From the IMG/VR virus record IMGVR_UViG_3300023059_000274, positions 1-53,126 of that record: DNA of 53,126 bases; one strand, 5' to 3'. Source of the DNA: a virus. Taxonomy: Duplodnaviria; Caudoviricetes. The notes beneath the pieces are model-generated. The model did no database searches. It had not been told where the DNA came from and saw nothing but the letters and a program-made list of their open reading frames with translations. Below are positions 1 through 9,470 of this stretch, piece after piece. The position numbers and the translations under genes were made by a program. The number at the start of each line of letters is the position of its first letter. Within the stretch, counting starts at the first letter, position 1.

Positions 1-435
1 TTATTCAACTCTGTCATTGTGTTTTTTATTTTTATATATGGTGTTATTCTTTATTTCTAAAAAGTTGTTTCCTAACCATAAGTAAGGAGATATTTTGCGA
101 ACTTCCTTCCGAATAGATTCGAAATACAAATTTCTCACGACCGCATGGTCCAGCACATTGTAAATGTATTCTGTAACTTCTTCAGTAAGATCCTGATCCT
201 CGTCTTGATAGTTTATATTAACTACACAGTTTTCAAGATTGTCAAGTGATGATGAATTTTTGTAATCAGTGCAATTTAATTCGATCACTTTTACGCGAAT
301 ATCCTTTGGTTTATATTTAAAGTGAATACCGCCATCTAAAATGCCATCATATTTCTTAAGTTCATCCTCAAGATATTCTTTTACAATATTCATAACCTCA
401 AGTTCAATTGTCGACGTGCACCAAACCTTAGGCAT
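1..435 (-). CDS. Hypothetical protein, probably co-transcribed with the repressor
   Basis: 144 aa ORF starting 2 bp after the repressor stop. Confidence 0.7.
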   Translation of the reverse strand: MPKVWCTSTIELEVMNIVKEYLEDELKKYDGILDGGIHFKYKPKDIRVKVIELNCTDYKNSSSLDNLENCVVNINYQDEDQDLTEEVTEYIYNVLDHAVVRNLYFESIRKEVRKISPYLWLGNNFLEIKNNTIYKNKKHNDRVE

Positions 436-437
436 AT

Positions 438-1199
438 TTACTGAAGTTCTCTTTTTACTACGTTATATATCTGAATAAGATCATCAATGTTTACAGTAAA
501 GTCGGGATAAGTATCTTTATCAGGATTTAAAGATTTTAAAGTCAAGGTACCTTTTACCACATCTTGCGAACTTATCTGTTTAGCTATTATCCCTTCTGTC
601 TTATGGATAAATATCCAGTTAGGCCATTGGTGGTTGTGAAATTTACTATCCCACAATTCTCTTTTAACTTCTCTTCCTGTAGCTATGGTACCGTGTGGTA
701 AAGCTTCTCTTATATCACCATTGTCCATACTATCACCTGAAATTTCGAATGCTCTGTATTTTCCGCGAACATAACGATCAACAGTTATGTAATGCAATGG
801 AAGGTCGCTTATATATTCCTGGTCTGCATACCCAGCTAAGTATCCGGCTCTTGCATATTCTGGAACTAATTCCACCCCCATGCGATACCGTCCTGGACTA
901 ATCTCAATAAATTTTGTATTTCCTTCATCATCATATATAGTAGGATCTCCTAAATCCTTTGCGTTTTGGTGTATATGTTTAATATCAGACTCAATGTTGG
1001 AGTCAGAGCCTGTTAGTACAAATTGCAATGATAAATCAAATGCTTTTGCAAACTTCTCACCTAATTCTTTACCAACTGGTTTACCTTTTGATAAATTACT
1101 TATAAAGGCAGGACTGACATTTAAAGCTTTAGCTATAGAAGCCCCATTTAATCCTTTAGTTTCCTTTAAATAAGAAATTATATTGAAATTTTTACTCAC
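438..1199 (-). CDS. CI-like phage repressor (XRE HTH + S24 peptidase)
   Basis: N-terminal HTH (GASIAKALNVSPAFISNL); C-terminal ISGDSM and AK...LKSLNP S24 motifs; divergent from the lytic operon. Confidence 0.9.
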   Translation of the reverse strand: MSKNFNIISYLKETKGLNGASIAKALNVSPAFISNLSKGKPVGKELGEKFAKAFDLSLQFVLTGSDSNIESDIKHIHQNAKDLGDPTIYDDEGNTKFIEISPGRYRMGVELVPEYARAGYLAGYADQEYISDLPLHYITVDRYVRGKYRAFEISGDSMDNGDIREALPHGTIATGREVKRELWDSKFHNHQWPNWIFIHKTEGIIAKQISSQDVVKGTLTLKSLNPDKDTYPDFTVNIDDLIQIYNVVKRELQ

Positions 1200-1201
1200 T
1201 G

Positions 1202-1279
1202 TAAATCAATTAGTTAATTATATATTAACCATTTAGTTTATCATTAACTTTGAAATGTTAACCAAGTGGTTTATATTTG
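1202..1279. promoter_or_regulatory. Genetic switch: three imperfect palindromic operators and the rightward promoter
   Basis: TAAATCAATTAGTTAA (1202-1217), TTAACCATTTAGTTTA (1225-1240), TTAACCAAGTGGTTTA (1258-1273); promoter TTTG (1249-1252)-N19-TATATTTG (1272-1279). Confidence 0.7.
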
Positions 1280-1344
1280 TACCATACGAACAAAACAAAG
1301 ATACAATTAACAGTCATTTACCACAATAGTATAATAGTACCATT

Positions 1345-1905
1345 ATGCATAATAACAGAATATACGCAGGAATGATTGACAAAGGTGCTGAGTTTTTCAG
1401 TGTGAAATCAAGACTGTATTGCGTTCACAATTTTAAAATTCACACTTGGCCAGATCTACCTCAAAAAGTACTAGAGTGGGTAGAGAACGATATGCTTAAT
1501 CAGCCAGACGCATTATGGTCATTGTCAAGTTGGGAAAACCTAATACGTGAAGATTGGACATACCGATATATCCTTTGTCGATTTGGTGGGCTTGATGACA
1601 AGCCTGATTTCACAGATAAAGGTGAAGTAAACCACACGGAATATGTCGAATGTGAATTAAGAGGTACATGTAAATATGAAGGAAAGTTATGCTGTTCAAT
1701 TAAAGTTACAAATGGAATTTTAACGAAATCAGAAATTGAAGTTTTGAAGATAGTTAAACAACCAGATAAGATCATAGCATCTGAATTGAATATTTCCCCA
1801 GATACAGTATCTACTCATCTGCAAAATATTCGAATCAAAACAGGATTAAAGAACAAAGCAGAACTATCAATTTTCGCTTACCAAAAAGGACTAATAAAAT
1901 CATGA
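1345..1905 (+). CDS. LuxR-family HTH transcriptional regulator with Cys cluster
   Basis: C-terminal LTKSEIEVL...IASELNISPDTVSTHLQNIRIKTG; upstream ECELRGTCKYEGKLCC. Confidence 0.85.
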   Translation: MHNNRIYAGMIDKGAEFFSVKSRLYCVHNFKIHTWPDLPQKVLEWVENDMLNQPDALWSLSSWENLIREDWTYRYILCRFGGLDDKPDFTDKGEVNHTEYVECELRGTCKYEGKLCCSIKVTNGILTKSEIEVLKIVKQPDKIIASELNISPDTVSTHLQNIRIKTGLKNKAELSIFAYQKGLIKS

Positions 1906-2114
1906 AAATCATAAAAATAGAACCTCAGCCAACAGTTGCTGGATTGATTTCAGAAATGAATAAAGGCGAAACACTTCATTTTGATATCTGTCACGCTAGG
2001 GCAGTTCAAGAAGCAGCTAGTAGAAAAATGAAGTCTGTTTCTCCAAATTATAAATTTCCTACAGTAGTAGATAGGGAAAAGGGAATTATTCAAGTAACAA
2101 AGGAGTCATTATGA
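1902..2114 (+). CDS. Hypothetical phage protein
   Basis: 70 aa; ATGA overlaps on both sides. Confidence 0.7.
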   Translation: MKIIKIEPQPTVAGLISEMNKGETLHFDICHARAVQEAASRKMKSVSPNYKFPTVVDREKGIIQVTKESL

Positions 2115-2428
2115 GATCAGTATTTGATTACGAATTACGCAACATGCTTACCGATGCTGCAAAGCTAGGGGCAACGCAAGCATTAACCGATACAGGTGCA
2201 ATTAAGCCTTATATGAATAAATCAGAGGCATATCGATTATACGGAAGAGGTAAAGTTGACAGCTGGATCAAAGATGGTCTCATAACTCCAAGAGGTGAGA
2301 TCGGTAAATCATGGCAAATCGATCGAGTGGAGATTCAGGCTTTGTCTTCATCTGGTACCGTTGCTCAATACATAAATACCCAATATTTCAAGGACAAAGG
2401 TGTTAAAATCAAATTGGACAAAGAATGA
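2111..2428 (+). CDS. Excisionase-like / MerR-type HTH DNA-binding protein
   Basis: MNKSEAYRLYGRGKVDSWIKDGLI resembles Xis-like winged HTH. Confidence 0.6.
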   Translation: MRSVFDYELRNMLTDAAKLGATQALTDTGAIKPYMNKSEAYRLYGRGKVDSWIKDGLITPRGEIGKSWQIDRVEIQALSSSGTVAQYINTQYFKDKGVKIKLDKE

Positions 2429-2643
2429 TAACTAATGAAAAACTATTAGCTCTGGGATTTGAGAGGAGCGAATGGCAGGATGAAGATGAATTCTTTGTCG
2501 ATCATAGAATCCAAAAGGGAAATGTTGTCATCGAGATCTCGAATCTTCAAAAAGTAGAAGTAACCACAAAAGGAAACTACATCGAACTAACAAAAGTTGA
2601 CAACGACCAAAAGCTTGAACAATTATTAAATCTATTATCATAA
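2425..2643 (+). CDS. Hypothetical phage protein
   Basis: 72 aa coupled ORF. Confidence 0.7.
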   Translation: MITNEKLLALGFERSEWQDEDEFFVDHRIQKGNVVIEISNLQKVEVTTKGNYIELTKVDNDQKLEQLLNLLS

Positions 2644-2654
2644 ATCATAAAAAA

Positions 2655-4646
2655 ATGAATATCCTAATTAAAACCCTAACATTAATCAACTTCAAAGGAG
2701 TAAAGAAACTTACAGTTGATTTCAATTTCATCACCAACATATACGGTGCTAATGCCTCTGGAAAGACAACTATTTTCGATGCCTTCACCTGGATGCTCTT
2801 TGGAAAAGATTCAAATGATCGTAAAGATTTTAATGTAAAACCTTTGGATCAGATAGGCATCACGACCGATCGCACGGAAAATGAAGTTTCCGCTGTTCTC
2901 GAGGTAGATGGCCAAGATATTTATATCCGCCATATCCAAAAAGAAAAGTGGACAAAGAAAAGAGGTGAGGAGGTGGCTGAATTCTCAGGAAATGAACATC
3001 TATACTTCTGGAATGATGTACCGTTGCAAGCAGGTGAGTTTCAGTCTAAGGTCAATGATCTAATGCCCGAGAATGTATTTAAGTTGATCACTAATCCTCT
3101 TTACTTCAATTCTCAAAAATGGCAAGATCAAAGAGCTGTATTATCTGAGATTTCAGGTGAGATCACTGATAGCTTCTTGACTGGTAAATATCCTGAGTTG
3201 CAAGAACTACTTAATTCTTTGGATGGTAAAACCTTGAAAGAGTTCAAAGCTAAGGTCTCAGGTGAGAAGAAAAAGCTGAAAGAACAATTAGCTGAGATAC
3301 CTGGTCGCATAGATGAAGCTGAACGCGGTAAACCTGAACCTGTAAATGAGGAGGAAATTCAGGCTCGTATAACGGAATTACAAACCGAATATGATGCTTT
3401 GGATCAAGCTATCGAAGATAAGAACGCAGCGAATGAGGCTGAAAATACACGCATTCAATCGGTTCAAAAGGAGATCCATGCTCTTAAACTTGAGATTCAA
3501 AATATTGAATCTGCTCATCGATCTGCATATAATTCAGAAGTATCAACGGCTAATTCAGGTGCGAATGAAGATAAAGCAAGATTATCTCAATTAGAGTCAC
3601 AATTGCGTTTGCAAGAAAATCAATTTAATCAGTTGCAGAGTTCACATACTGATCAATTGGCACGTATCGAGCGCGATAAACAAGATATCAATGATCGTAT
3701 AGCAAGCTTACGGATTCTATTTACTTCCGTGAATGCTCGTACACTCGATCCTAACGAGACAATGTGTAAAGAGTGTGGACGTGAGCACGAATCGCATAAT
3801 ATTGAAGAAATACGCTTTAAATTCAATAAGATCAAAAAAAATGAGCTTGAAGGATTGAACGCTCAAGGCGCAGGTTTAAAAAATGACCTAGATAAGCGTG
3901 ATGCTGATATCCTTCAGGCTAATGAAAACTTTAAAACGACCAATAGCGCTATTTCATCATCAATTGACACCTTAAAAGGATCAATTACCGATCTAAAGAC
4001 TAAGATCTCAAATGCTGACTCTAATAAGGTTGTTGTGAAATCTTATGAAGAGCGCGTGATGGAAGATGCTACCATTGCCACTAAGACTTCTAAGATCACA
4101 GAATTGACCGGACAATTAGAAACTACTCCTGTAGATCTTTATGACCTACGCTTGAAAAAAGGGGTAATCAATGCAGATCTGAATTCGTATAAACTAAAAT
4201 TGAATACTGCCGACCAAATTGCTAAAGCTGATGTACGTATTAAAGAGTTGAAAGATCAAGAGAAAACCATGTCTCAGGAACTTGCCTCGCTTGAAAAACA
4301 AGAATTCGCTGCTGAAAAGTACGAGAAAGCTAAGTCTGAGGAATTGGAGAATCGTGTTAATGGAATGTTCAAGTATGCTAAATTCAAGTTATTCTCGAAA
4401 TTGATCAATGGCGGGGAAGAGCCAACTTGTCAAACGACTTATAACGGGGTGCCGTTCTCAGATCTAAACACTGCAGGTAAGATTTTAGTCGGAATTGATA
4501 TTATCAATACGCTTTCCGCTCACTATGGTGTAACTGCTCCTGTATTCCTCGATAACCGTGAATCTGTATCCGTAATTCCTGATACTGCAGCGCAGACAAT
4601 TAACCTTATTGTTTCACCTCAAGACGAGAAATTAAGAGTAGCGTAA
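2655..4646 (+). CDS. SbcC/Rad50-like coiled-coil ATPase
   Basis: Walker A GANASGKT, long coiled coil with central CKEC hook, C-terminal VFLDNRES. Confidence 0.88.
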   Translation: MNILIKTLTLINFKGVKKLTVDFNFITNIYGANASGKTTIFDAFTWMLFGKDSNDRKDFNVKPLDQIGITTDRTENEVSAVLEVDGQDIYIRHIQKEKWTKKRGEEVAEFSGNEHLYFWNDVPLQAGEFQSKVNDLMPENVFKLITNPLYFNSQKWQDQRAVLSEISGEITDSFLTGKYPELQELLNSLDGKTLKEFKAKVSGEKKKLKEQLAEIPGRIDEAERGKPEPVNEEEIQARITELQTEYDALDQAIEDKNAANEAENTRIQSVQKEIHALKLEIQNIESAHRSAYNSEVSTANSGANEDKARLSQLESQLRLQENQFNQLQSSHTDQLARIERDKQDINDRIASLRILFTSVNARTLDPNETMCKECGREHESHNIEEIRFKFNKIKKNELEGLNAQGAGLKNDLDKRDADILQANENFKTTNSAISSSIDTLKGSITDLKTKISNADSNKVVVKSYEERVMEDATIATKTSKITELTGQLETTPVDLYDLRLKKGVINADLNSYKLKLNTADQIAKADVRIKELKDQEKTMSQELASLEKQEFAAEKYEKAKSEELENRVNGMFKYAKFKLFSKLINGGEEPTCQTTYNGVPFSDLNTAGKILVGIDIINTLSAHYGVTAPVFLDNRESVSVIPDTAAQTINLIVSPQDEKLRVA

Positions 4647-5050
4647 TGAAAAGTTTAAATGAAATAAAAGACAAGGTGGCTCAATCAAACGGTTTCAGTA
4701 ACTGGAGAGGCAAGCTAGAGCATGAGCACAGAGGACTATTTGAAATGGAAGTTTTAGATAGAATTACCTGTCAAGTAGCAGAAGCATATGCTGATCAATT
4801 TGCTCCAAAATGGATCAGTTGTAAGGATAAAATGCCTGAAAATTATCCTGATCTAATTAATAATGGAGAAGATGTTGAAACTACCAAAATGGTTTTGATA
4901 ATGACAGATACTGGATCGGTACTGAATAATCATAGACTTAAAATGCAAGTCGGTGAAAAGGAATGGGTTTGGTTTATGGGTGTTTCCGATGAAAAGATCC
5001 TATTCTGGACTCCATTTCCAAATAGCTTAAGAAAACTGCCTAATGGCTAA
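4646..5050 (+). CDS. DUF551-like phage protein
   Basis: WISCKDKMPE...ILFWTPFP motif pattern. Confidence 0.65.
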   Translation: MKSLNEIKDKVAQSNGFSNWRGKLEHEHRGLFEMEVLDRITCQVAEAYADQFAPKWISCKDKMPENYPDLINNGEDVETTKMVLIMTDTGSVLNNHRLKMQVGEKEWVWFMGVSDEKILFWTPFPNSLRKLPNG

Positions 5051-5210
5051 AAAATCTACCACACCACTTTCATCAATAAAAAAGGTGTCATGCTCGGGAT
5101 GCAAATTTATGCTCCCGAGCGATCACCAAGCCATAATGTGGTTTGGTAAAATCAGAATGCCAATGCCTTCTGAAAAATTGAACCAATGTATTTATAAAAT
5201 TTTAAAATAA
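5043..5210 (+). CDS. Small hypothetical protein (55 aa, CxxC), not in the ORF track
   Basis: MAKKSTTPLSSIKKVSCSGCKF...KILK*; fills the gap before RecT. Confidence 0.5.
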   Translation: MAKKSTTPLSSIKKVSCSGCKFMLPSDHQAIMWFGKIRMPMPSEKLNQCIYKILK

Positions 5211-5215
5211 TAACT

Positions 5216-6145
5216 ATGTCTAATCAACAATCTGCAGTAGCTGCACAACAAGAAGAAAAAAATATTACAACGTCAGTATTAGCGAAGATCACTTCATTTC
5301 AACAATCGGGCGAACTTAGAATTCCCAAGGATTATAGTCCGGAAAATGCATTAAAAAGTGCATGGCTTGTATTGCAGGAAACAAAAGATCGTAATAACAA
5401 TCCTGTACTTCAGGCATGTACTAAAGAAAGCATTGCGAACGCTTTACTTAAAATGGTTGTTTGGGGATTATCTCCCTTAAAAAAACAGGGTGATTTTATC
5501 GCCTATGGTCAAACATTAGAATTCTCACCTGAATATACAGGGAACTTGGTTCTAGCTAAAAGATATGGTGGATTAGTAAGTCATAACCAAAAAGCAATTT
5601 TCAAAGGTGATGAGTTTGAATTTGAAACAGATCTAGAATTTCCTTATCGCACTAGAATCTTAAAGCATAAGCAGTCACTTGAGACAATTGGTGGCGAAGT
5701 AATAGGTGCATACTTCGCATATGAATTGGCCGACGGAACTAAGGATGTTGAGATTATGAATATCTCACAAATAAAGCTTGCTTGGGGGCAAGGTGGATCA
5801 AAAGGTAATAGCGGAGCCCATAAAAATTTTAGTGATCAAATGGCAATAAAAACAGTCATCAACCGTGGTTGTAAACTGTTGATTAGATCTTCAGATGATA
5901 GTGTTCTTTATGAAAAGGAAGATCAGCAATATGATGCTACCACAGATCAGGTTAAGACTGAAATCCGAGCAAATGCAAATAAGCAGACTATTTCTTTTGA
6001 GGATGCTATTGTGGTAGAGGAAATCAAAATTAAAGATGCACCTATAGAAAAGAAACCTGTTTCTGTTCCAGATGAGCCAAAACGTTCAGCTATGCAACCA
6101 AATGAGAATCCTGGAGGTGATGATCAAGTTGAAATGGACTTCTAA
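5216..6145 (+). CDS. recT: RecT-family single-strand annealing recombinase
   Basis: CTKESIANALLKMVVWGLSP, KGDEF, MAIKTVI motifs; acidic tail. Confidence 0.88.
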   Translation: MSNQQSAVAAQQEEKNITTSVLAKITSFQQSGELRIPKDYSPENALKSAWLVLQETKDRNNNPVLQACTKESIANALLKMVVWGLSPLKKQGDFIAYGQTLEFSPEYTGNLVLAKRYGGLVSHNQKAIFKGDEFEFETDLEFPYRTRILKHKQSLETIGGEVIGAYFAYELADGTKDVEIMNISQIKLAWGQGGSKGNSGAHKNFSDQMAIKTVINRGCKLLIRSSDDSVLYEKEDQQYDATTDQVKTEIRANANKQTISFEDAIVVEEIKIKDAPIEKKPVSVPDEPKRSAMQPNENPGGDDQVEMDF

Positions 6146-6879
6146 TGAGGTTACACATCATAAACAGCAATAGTGATGGTAACTGCTACCTTTTCACCGA
6201 CAATAATGGGGAAACCCTTATTGTCGAGTGTGGGGTAAGATTTGAAAGAATCAAGCAGGCTTTGAATTTCGATCTGAGTAAGGTTGTCGGATGCTTAGTA
6301 ACACATGAACATGGGGATCACTGCAAAGGGGTAAGGGATGCTGTAAAGTCAGGTATTGATATTTATGCTACCGCCGGAACGATCAAAGGTTTAAAATGTG
6401 TTCACCATCGTTTCAATGCTGTTAAAAAGGGAGGAATTTACAAGTTAGGTCCATTTGATGTGATTGCTTTTGATACACACCATGATGTTAATGAGCCATG
6501 TGGCTTCTTAATTAAGCATCCTGAAATGGGAACAACTTTATTTCTTACCGATACGATCTACTGTAATTATCAATTCCCTGGATTAAATAACATATTGATC
6601 GAAGCTAATTATAGCCAAGATATAATTGATGAAAAGTTAGCAGGTAATCGCTTTCTAAGAAATCGGGTTATTCAATCCCATATGAGTGTAGAAACTTGTT
6701 TAGAAACGCTTAAAGCAAATGATTTAAGAGCTGTTAACAATATCGTTCTTATACACTTATCCGATAGGAACTCGGACGCCAAAGTCTTCAAACAGCGAAT
6801 TGAAGATGAAACATTAAAAACTGTTACGATCGCTACTGCAGGACTAACAATTGACAACTTTAATATAACACCGTTTTAA
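6145..6879 (+). CDS. Metallo-beta-lactamase-fold hydrolase (probable exonuclease partner of RecT)
   Basis: THEHGDH motif, HD, LIEANY, SHMS, LIHLS. Confidence 0.88.
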   Translation: MRLHIINSNSDGNCYLFTDNNGETLIVECGVRFERIKQALNFDLSKVVGCLVTHEHGDHCKGVRDAVKSGIDIYATAGTIKGLKCVHHRFNAVKKGGIYKLGPFDVIAFDTHHDVNEPCGFLIKHPEMGTTLFLTDTIYCNYQFPGLNNILIEANYSQDIIDEKLAGNRFLRNRVIQSHMSVETCLETLKANDLRAVNNIVLIHLSDRNSDAKVFKQRIEDETLKTVTIATAGLTIDNFNITPF

Positions 6880-6881
6880 TT

Positions 6882-7163
6882 ATGAACTTACATTTAAATG
6901 AATGGCTTAATGATCTGTGTGGCTTTCCATATCAATGTTATTATCAGTTCATCTACAATGAAACTAGATACACCATCTATATTCGTTGGCGTGAAAGCGA
7001 TCCATGGACAGCTGACTTAATTACTGATTTTGAGGAAGTCGATGAAAATTGGGTAGAGCTTGAGATACCATTTTTAAGAGAAGGTCAACTAAATGAGGTG
7101 AAGAAAGAAGCAATTAATTGTGCAAATATGTACTTAGAAAAAATCGACCATGACAGACATTGA
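6882..7163 (+). CDS. Hypothetical protein
   Basis: 93 aa ORF in operon. Confidence 0.65.
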   Translation: MNLHLNEWLNDLCGFPYQCYYQFIYNETRYTIYIRWRESDPWTADLITDFEEVDENWVELEIPFLREGQLNEVKKEAINCANMYLEKIDHDRH

Positions 7164-7368
7164 AAAAGTAAATAACCTATACTCACGATTCAAAGAGTTT
7201 GATTTTCCCGAGTGTCAAGATGAAAACCTGAGCCAATTGGTATCTGAAGTAAAGGAAGGTTTTCAAATAATTTTAAAGGGCTTTTCTGCCGCTTCAGATA
7301 ATATCAGAAACTTAAGATCTAAAAATCATGAATCAAATAATAATTCCCAAGCCAGCAATCAAAGTTAA
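7150..7368 (+). CDS. Hypothetical protein
   Basis: 72 aa ORF in operon. Confidence 0.6.
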   Translation: MTDIEKVNNLYSRFKEFDFPECQDENLSQLVSEVKEGFQIILKGFSAASDNIRNLRSKNHESNNNSQASNQS

Positions 7369-7780
7369 ATTAACTCCGCAACGTGAGTTCAACATACTAA
7401 AAGATGTTCAATTCATTGGCACGATCGCACAGCTCGTCGAGAATAGATGGAGAAACAATCTATTTGATTCTGAGGTAAAAGATCAAACCTTAAAAAACTT
7501 TAGTGCTCAGATCTATAAAGGTGCTCAGGGCATGAAAAACTCATTATTGCATAAGTATAACCTTAAGGATGCTGATGAGCTCGAATACGACATGGCATCA
7601 GCAATGGATAGGGTAGTTTCATTCTTTTGTCTTCTGCCGCATCAGCTTGTTGATAACATAATGGATAGGCTAGAGTCAGAGAAGCGAGCAATTGAACTTG
7701 AACACGCAGGAGTAGTTCCGATCGAGGTTCAAAAGGATGTTTACGACATCGCTCCTGAGTATCATGAAGTGGGCAATTAA
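7328..7780 (+). CDS. Hypothetical protein
   Basis: 150 aa ORF in operon. Confidence 0.7.
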   Translation: MNQIIIPKPAIKVKLTPQREFNILKDVQFIGTIAQLVENRWRNNLFDSEVKDQTLKNFSAQIYKGAQGMKNSLLHKYNLKDADELEYDMASAMDRVVSFFCLLPHQLVDNIMDRLESEKRAIELEHAGVVPIEVQKDVYDIAPEYHEVGN

Positions 7781-7797
7781 TTTAATTTTACAAAATA

Positions 7798-7848
7798 CAA
7801 GTAATCCATTTGGATTACTTGAAATTAAGTTATACATTTGGATTACTT
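7798..7848 (+). promoter_or_regulatory. Promoter with two tandem palindromic operators
   Basis: CAAGTAATCCA-TT-TGGATTACTTG (7798-7821) and AAGTTATACATTTGGATTACTT (7827-7848); TTTG (7809-7812)-N20-TACATTTG (7833-7840). Confidence 0.85.
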
Positions 7849-7949
7849 AATTGTATCATCTCACATCAATACAATTTATAAAGACATTTTAGCCCTTGAT
7901 AGGATGAACCAGTTGTGAGATGCTGGGGATTCCTGCCAAGGGCTTTTTT
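7849..7949 (+). ncRNA. Structured 5' leader: two hairpins with complementary loops, ending in a terminator-like T run
   Basis: AATTGTAT/ATACAATT stem with loop containing CATCTCACA (7857-7865); AGCCCTTG/CAAGGGCT stem with loop TGTGAGATG (7914-7922); TTTTTT. Confidence 0.7.
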
Positions 7950-7961
7950 AATCTCAAAATT

Positions 7962-8300
7962 ATGGTAGTAGAACTCAAAAAAGTGAAAATCACCAAATCG
8001 ATTTTTAACCAATTAACCGGTCCATTCCTTGATACAGATTCAAATTACGAGGTATTGGGATGGGTATTTGATAAAGGGAAATACATTCTCCTTTATAATA
8101 AGGAAACCAACTCACTATCTAAGATGAGAACATTCTCAAATCTTAGAATAGATCCTGATAAGACTAATCAAGTCCTTTTTACCATTAGTGGGTTAAATAC
8201 GCTAAAACCGTTCCCAACTACTCAAGATGCTATGAAATGGCGTGCTCAAATCAACATTATTCAAACTGAGGCTAACGTAAAAGGCCAATTATATATTTAA
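7962..8300 (+). CDS. Hypothetical protein (start more likely 7962 than 7920)
   Basis: ATG at 7920 lies inside the leader hairpin; ATG at 7962 follows an A/T-rich context. Confidence 0.7.
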   Translation: MVVELKKVKITKSIFNQLTGPFLDTDSNYEVLGWVFDKGKYILLYNKETNSLSKMRTFSNLRIDPDKTNQVLFTISGLNTLKPFPTTQDAMKWRAQINIIQTEANVKGQLYI

Positions 8301-8302
8301 TT

Positions 8303-8956
8303 ATGGAAAAATTAACATTTGAACATTTAACATGGTATCTACCATATGGATTGAAAGTCGAGTATAGTGGTATAACTAATCTTAAGGAATTATCCGATTG
8401 GAAGAAACAAGAGCCTAAGGATTTTTACGCTAGAAAAGGAAGTGACTACATGGATTGGGCAAATAATCAGCCAAATGAAATATATGGTAGTCGCATTTCT
8501 GAGATAAAACAAATAGAAATATATAAGAAGTATATATTGTTATCTGTAGGTCGCAAGTATGGTTATTATAAAAAAGTAGTTCTTTCAGAGATTAAGCCAA
8601 TCCTTAGGCCTTTGTCTGACCTAACAAAAGATGAGTGGCTCAAGGTTTTTAGGTCTTGTTTTTCTAAAGAAGCTTTGGAAGTAATGGAACAATTCAATCT
8701 TGATGTTTATTTAAAACCAAATTCAGGAACTGTATGGCTCTATGATGTAGATAAAGGGATGAGTTTCATAGTCCCAAAAGACTACTTTATAGCATATTCC
8801 AGCAATTCAAAATCTATAGGTTTCACTAGAGGTTATTGCTTTGACACTTTAAAGTTCTTTAAAGAGCTGTATAAACTACATGCTGACTTGGATGGATTAA
8901 TTGAAAAAGGTTTGGCCATTGACATTAATACCTTAAAAAGCGAGGTTAAGAAATGA
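8303..8956 (+). CDS. Hypothetical phage protein
   Basis: YLPYGLK...KPILRPLSDLT...FDxxGLIEKGLAID-like pattern recurrent in Bacteroidota phages. Confidence 0.75.
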   Translation: MEKLTFEHLTWYLPYGLKVEYSGITNLKELSDWKKQEPKDFYARKGSDYMDWANNQPNEIYGSRISEIKQIEIYKKYILLSVGRKYGYYKKVVLSEIKPILRPLSDLTKDEWLKVFRSCFSKEALEVMEQFNLDVYLKPNSGTVWLYDVDKGMSFIVPKDYFIAYSSNSKSIGFTRGYCFDTLKFFKELYKLHADLDGLIEKGLAIDINTLKSEVKK

Positions 8957-9162
8957 AAAGAATAGCAGTTTTTGGTTCACGTAGAGCAATGGATGAACTT
9001 ATGCGTATTGTTCAAGATCCTGGACAATTTATTTTGATTCATAATATTCATTCTATTGACGGTTATATGTTGAGTGATATTATTTTAACAAGAGGATGGG
9101 AGAATTCCTACATCAATCCTCATAATTTATTAATTCAGGTAAAAAGATATGGCACACGTTAA
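8953..9162 (+). CDS. Hypothetical protein
   Basis: 69 aa coupled ORF. Confidence 0.65.
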   Translation: MKRIAVFGSRRAMDELMRIVQDPGQFILIHNIHSIDGYMLSDIILTRGWENSYINPHNLLIQVKRYGTR

Positions 9163-9307
9163 GAGAAACTGCGATTACTGTCGAGATTCATACGAAGCCG
9201 ATAAGCGCAATTTAAAAAGAGGTTGGGGCTTATGTTGCTCGAAAAGATGCGCTGCCCTTAAGAGAGAGGAAAAGCTAAAATTGACGAAAGATGAAAAAAA
9301 TAATTGA
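9149..9307 (+). CDS. Small zinc-finger protein (52 aa), not in the ORF track
   Basis: MAHVKRNCDYCRDSYEADKRNLKRGWGLCCSKRCAA: CxxC...CSxxC. Confidence 0.7.
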   Translation: MAHVKRNCDYCRDSYEADKRNLKRGWGLCCSKRCAALKREEKLKLTKDEKNN

Positions 9308-9467
9308 AGTATTAGCAATCGTATACATCCCCATATTCCTTTTAGGTGCCTTACTAACCGGTATTTCCATCTTATTAATGACGATCGGACAATTCCTCAT
9401 GTTAGAGATTAACAAAGCTAAAAGTGGCTATGAATTTATGAAAAGAAGTGTTTTAAGAAGGAGGTAA
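9291..9467 (+). CDS. Small membrane protein (58 aa), not in the ORF track
   Basis: MKKIIEVLAIVYIPIFLLGALLTGISILLMTIGQFLML...RRR*; ends 3 bp before the initiator gene. Confidence 0.55.
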   Translation: MKKIIEVLAIVYIPIFLLGALLTGISILLMTIGQFLMLEINKAKSGYEFMKRSVLRRR

Positions 9468-9470
9468 GTT

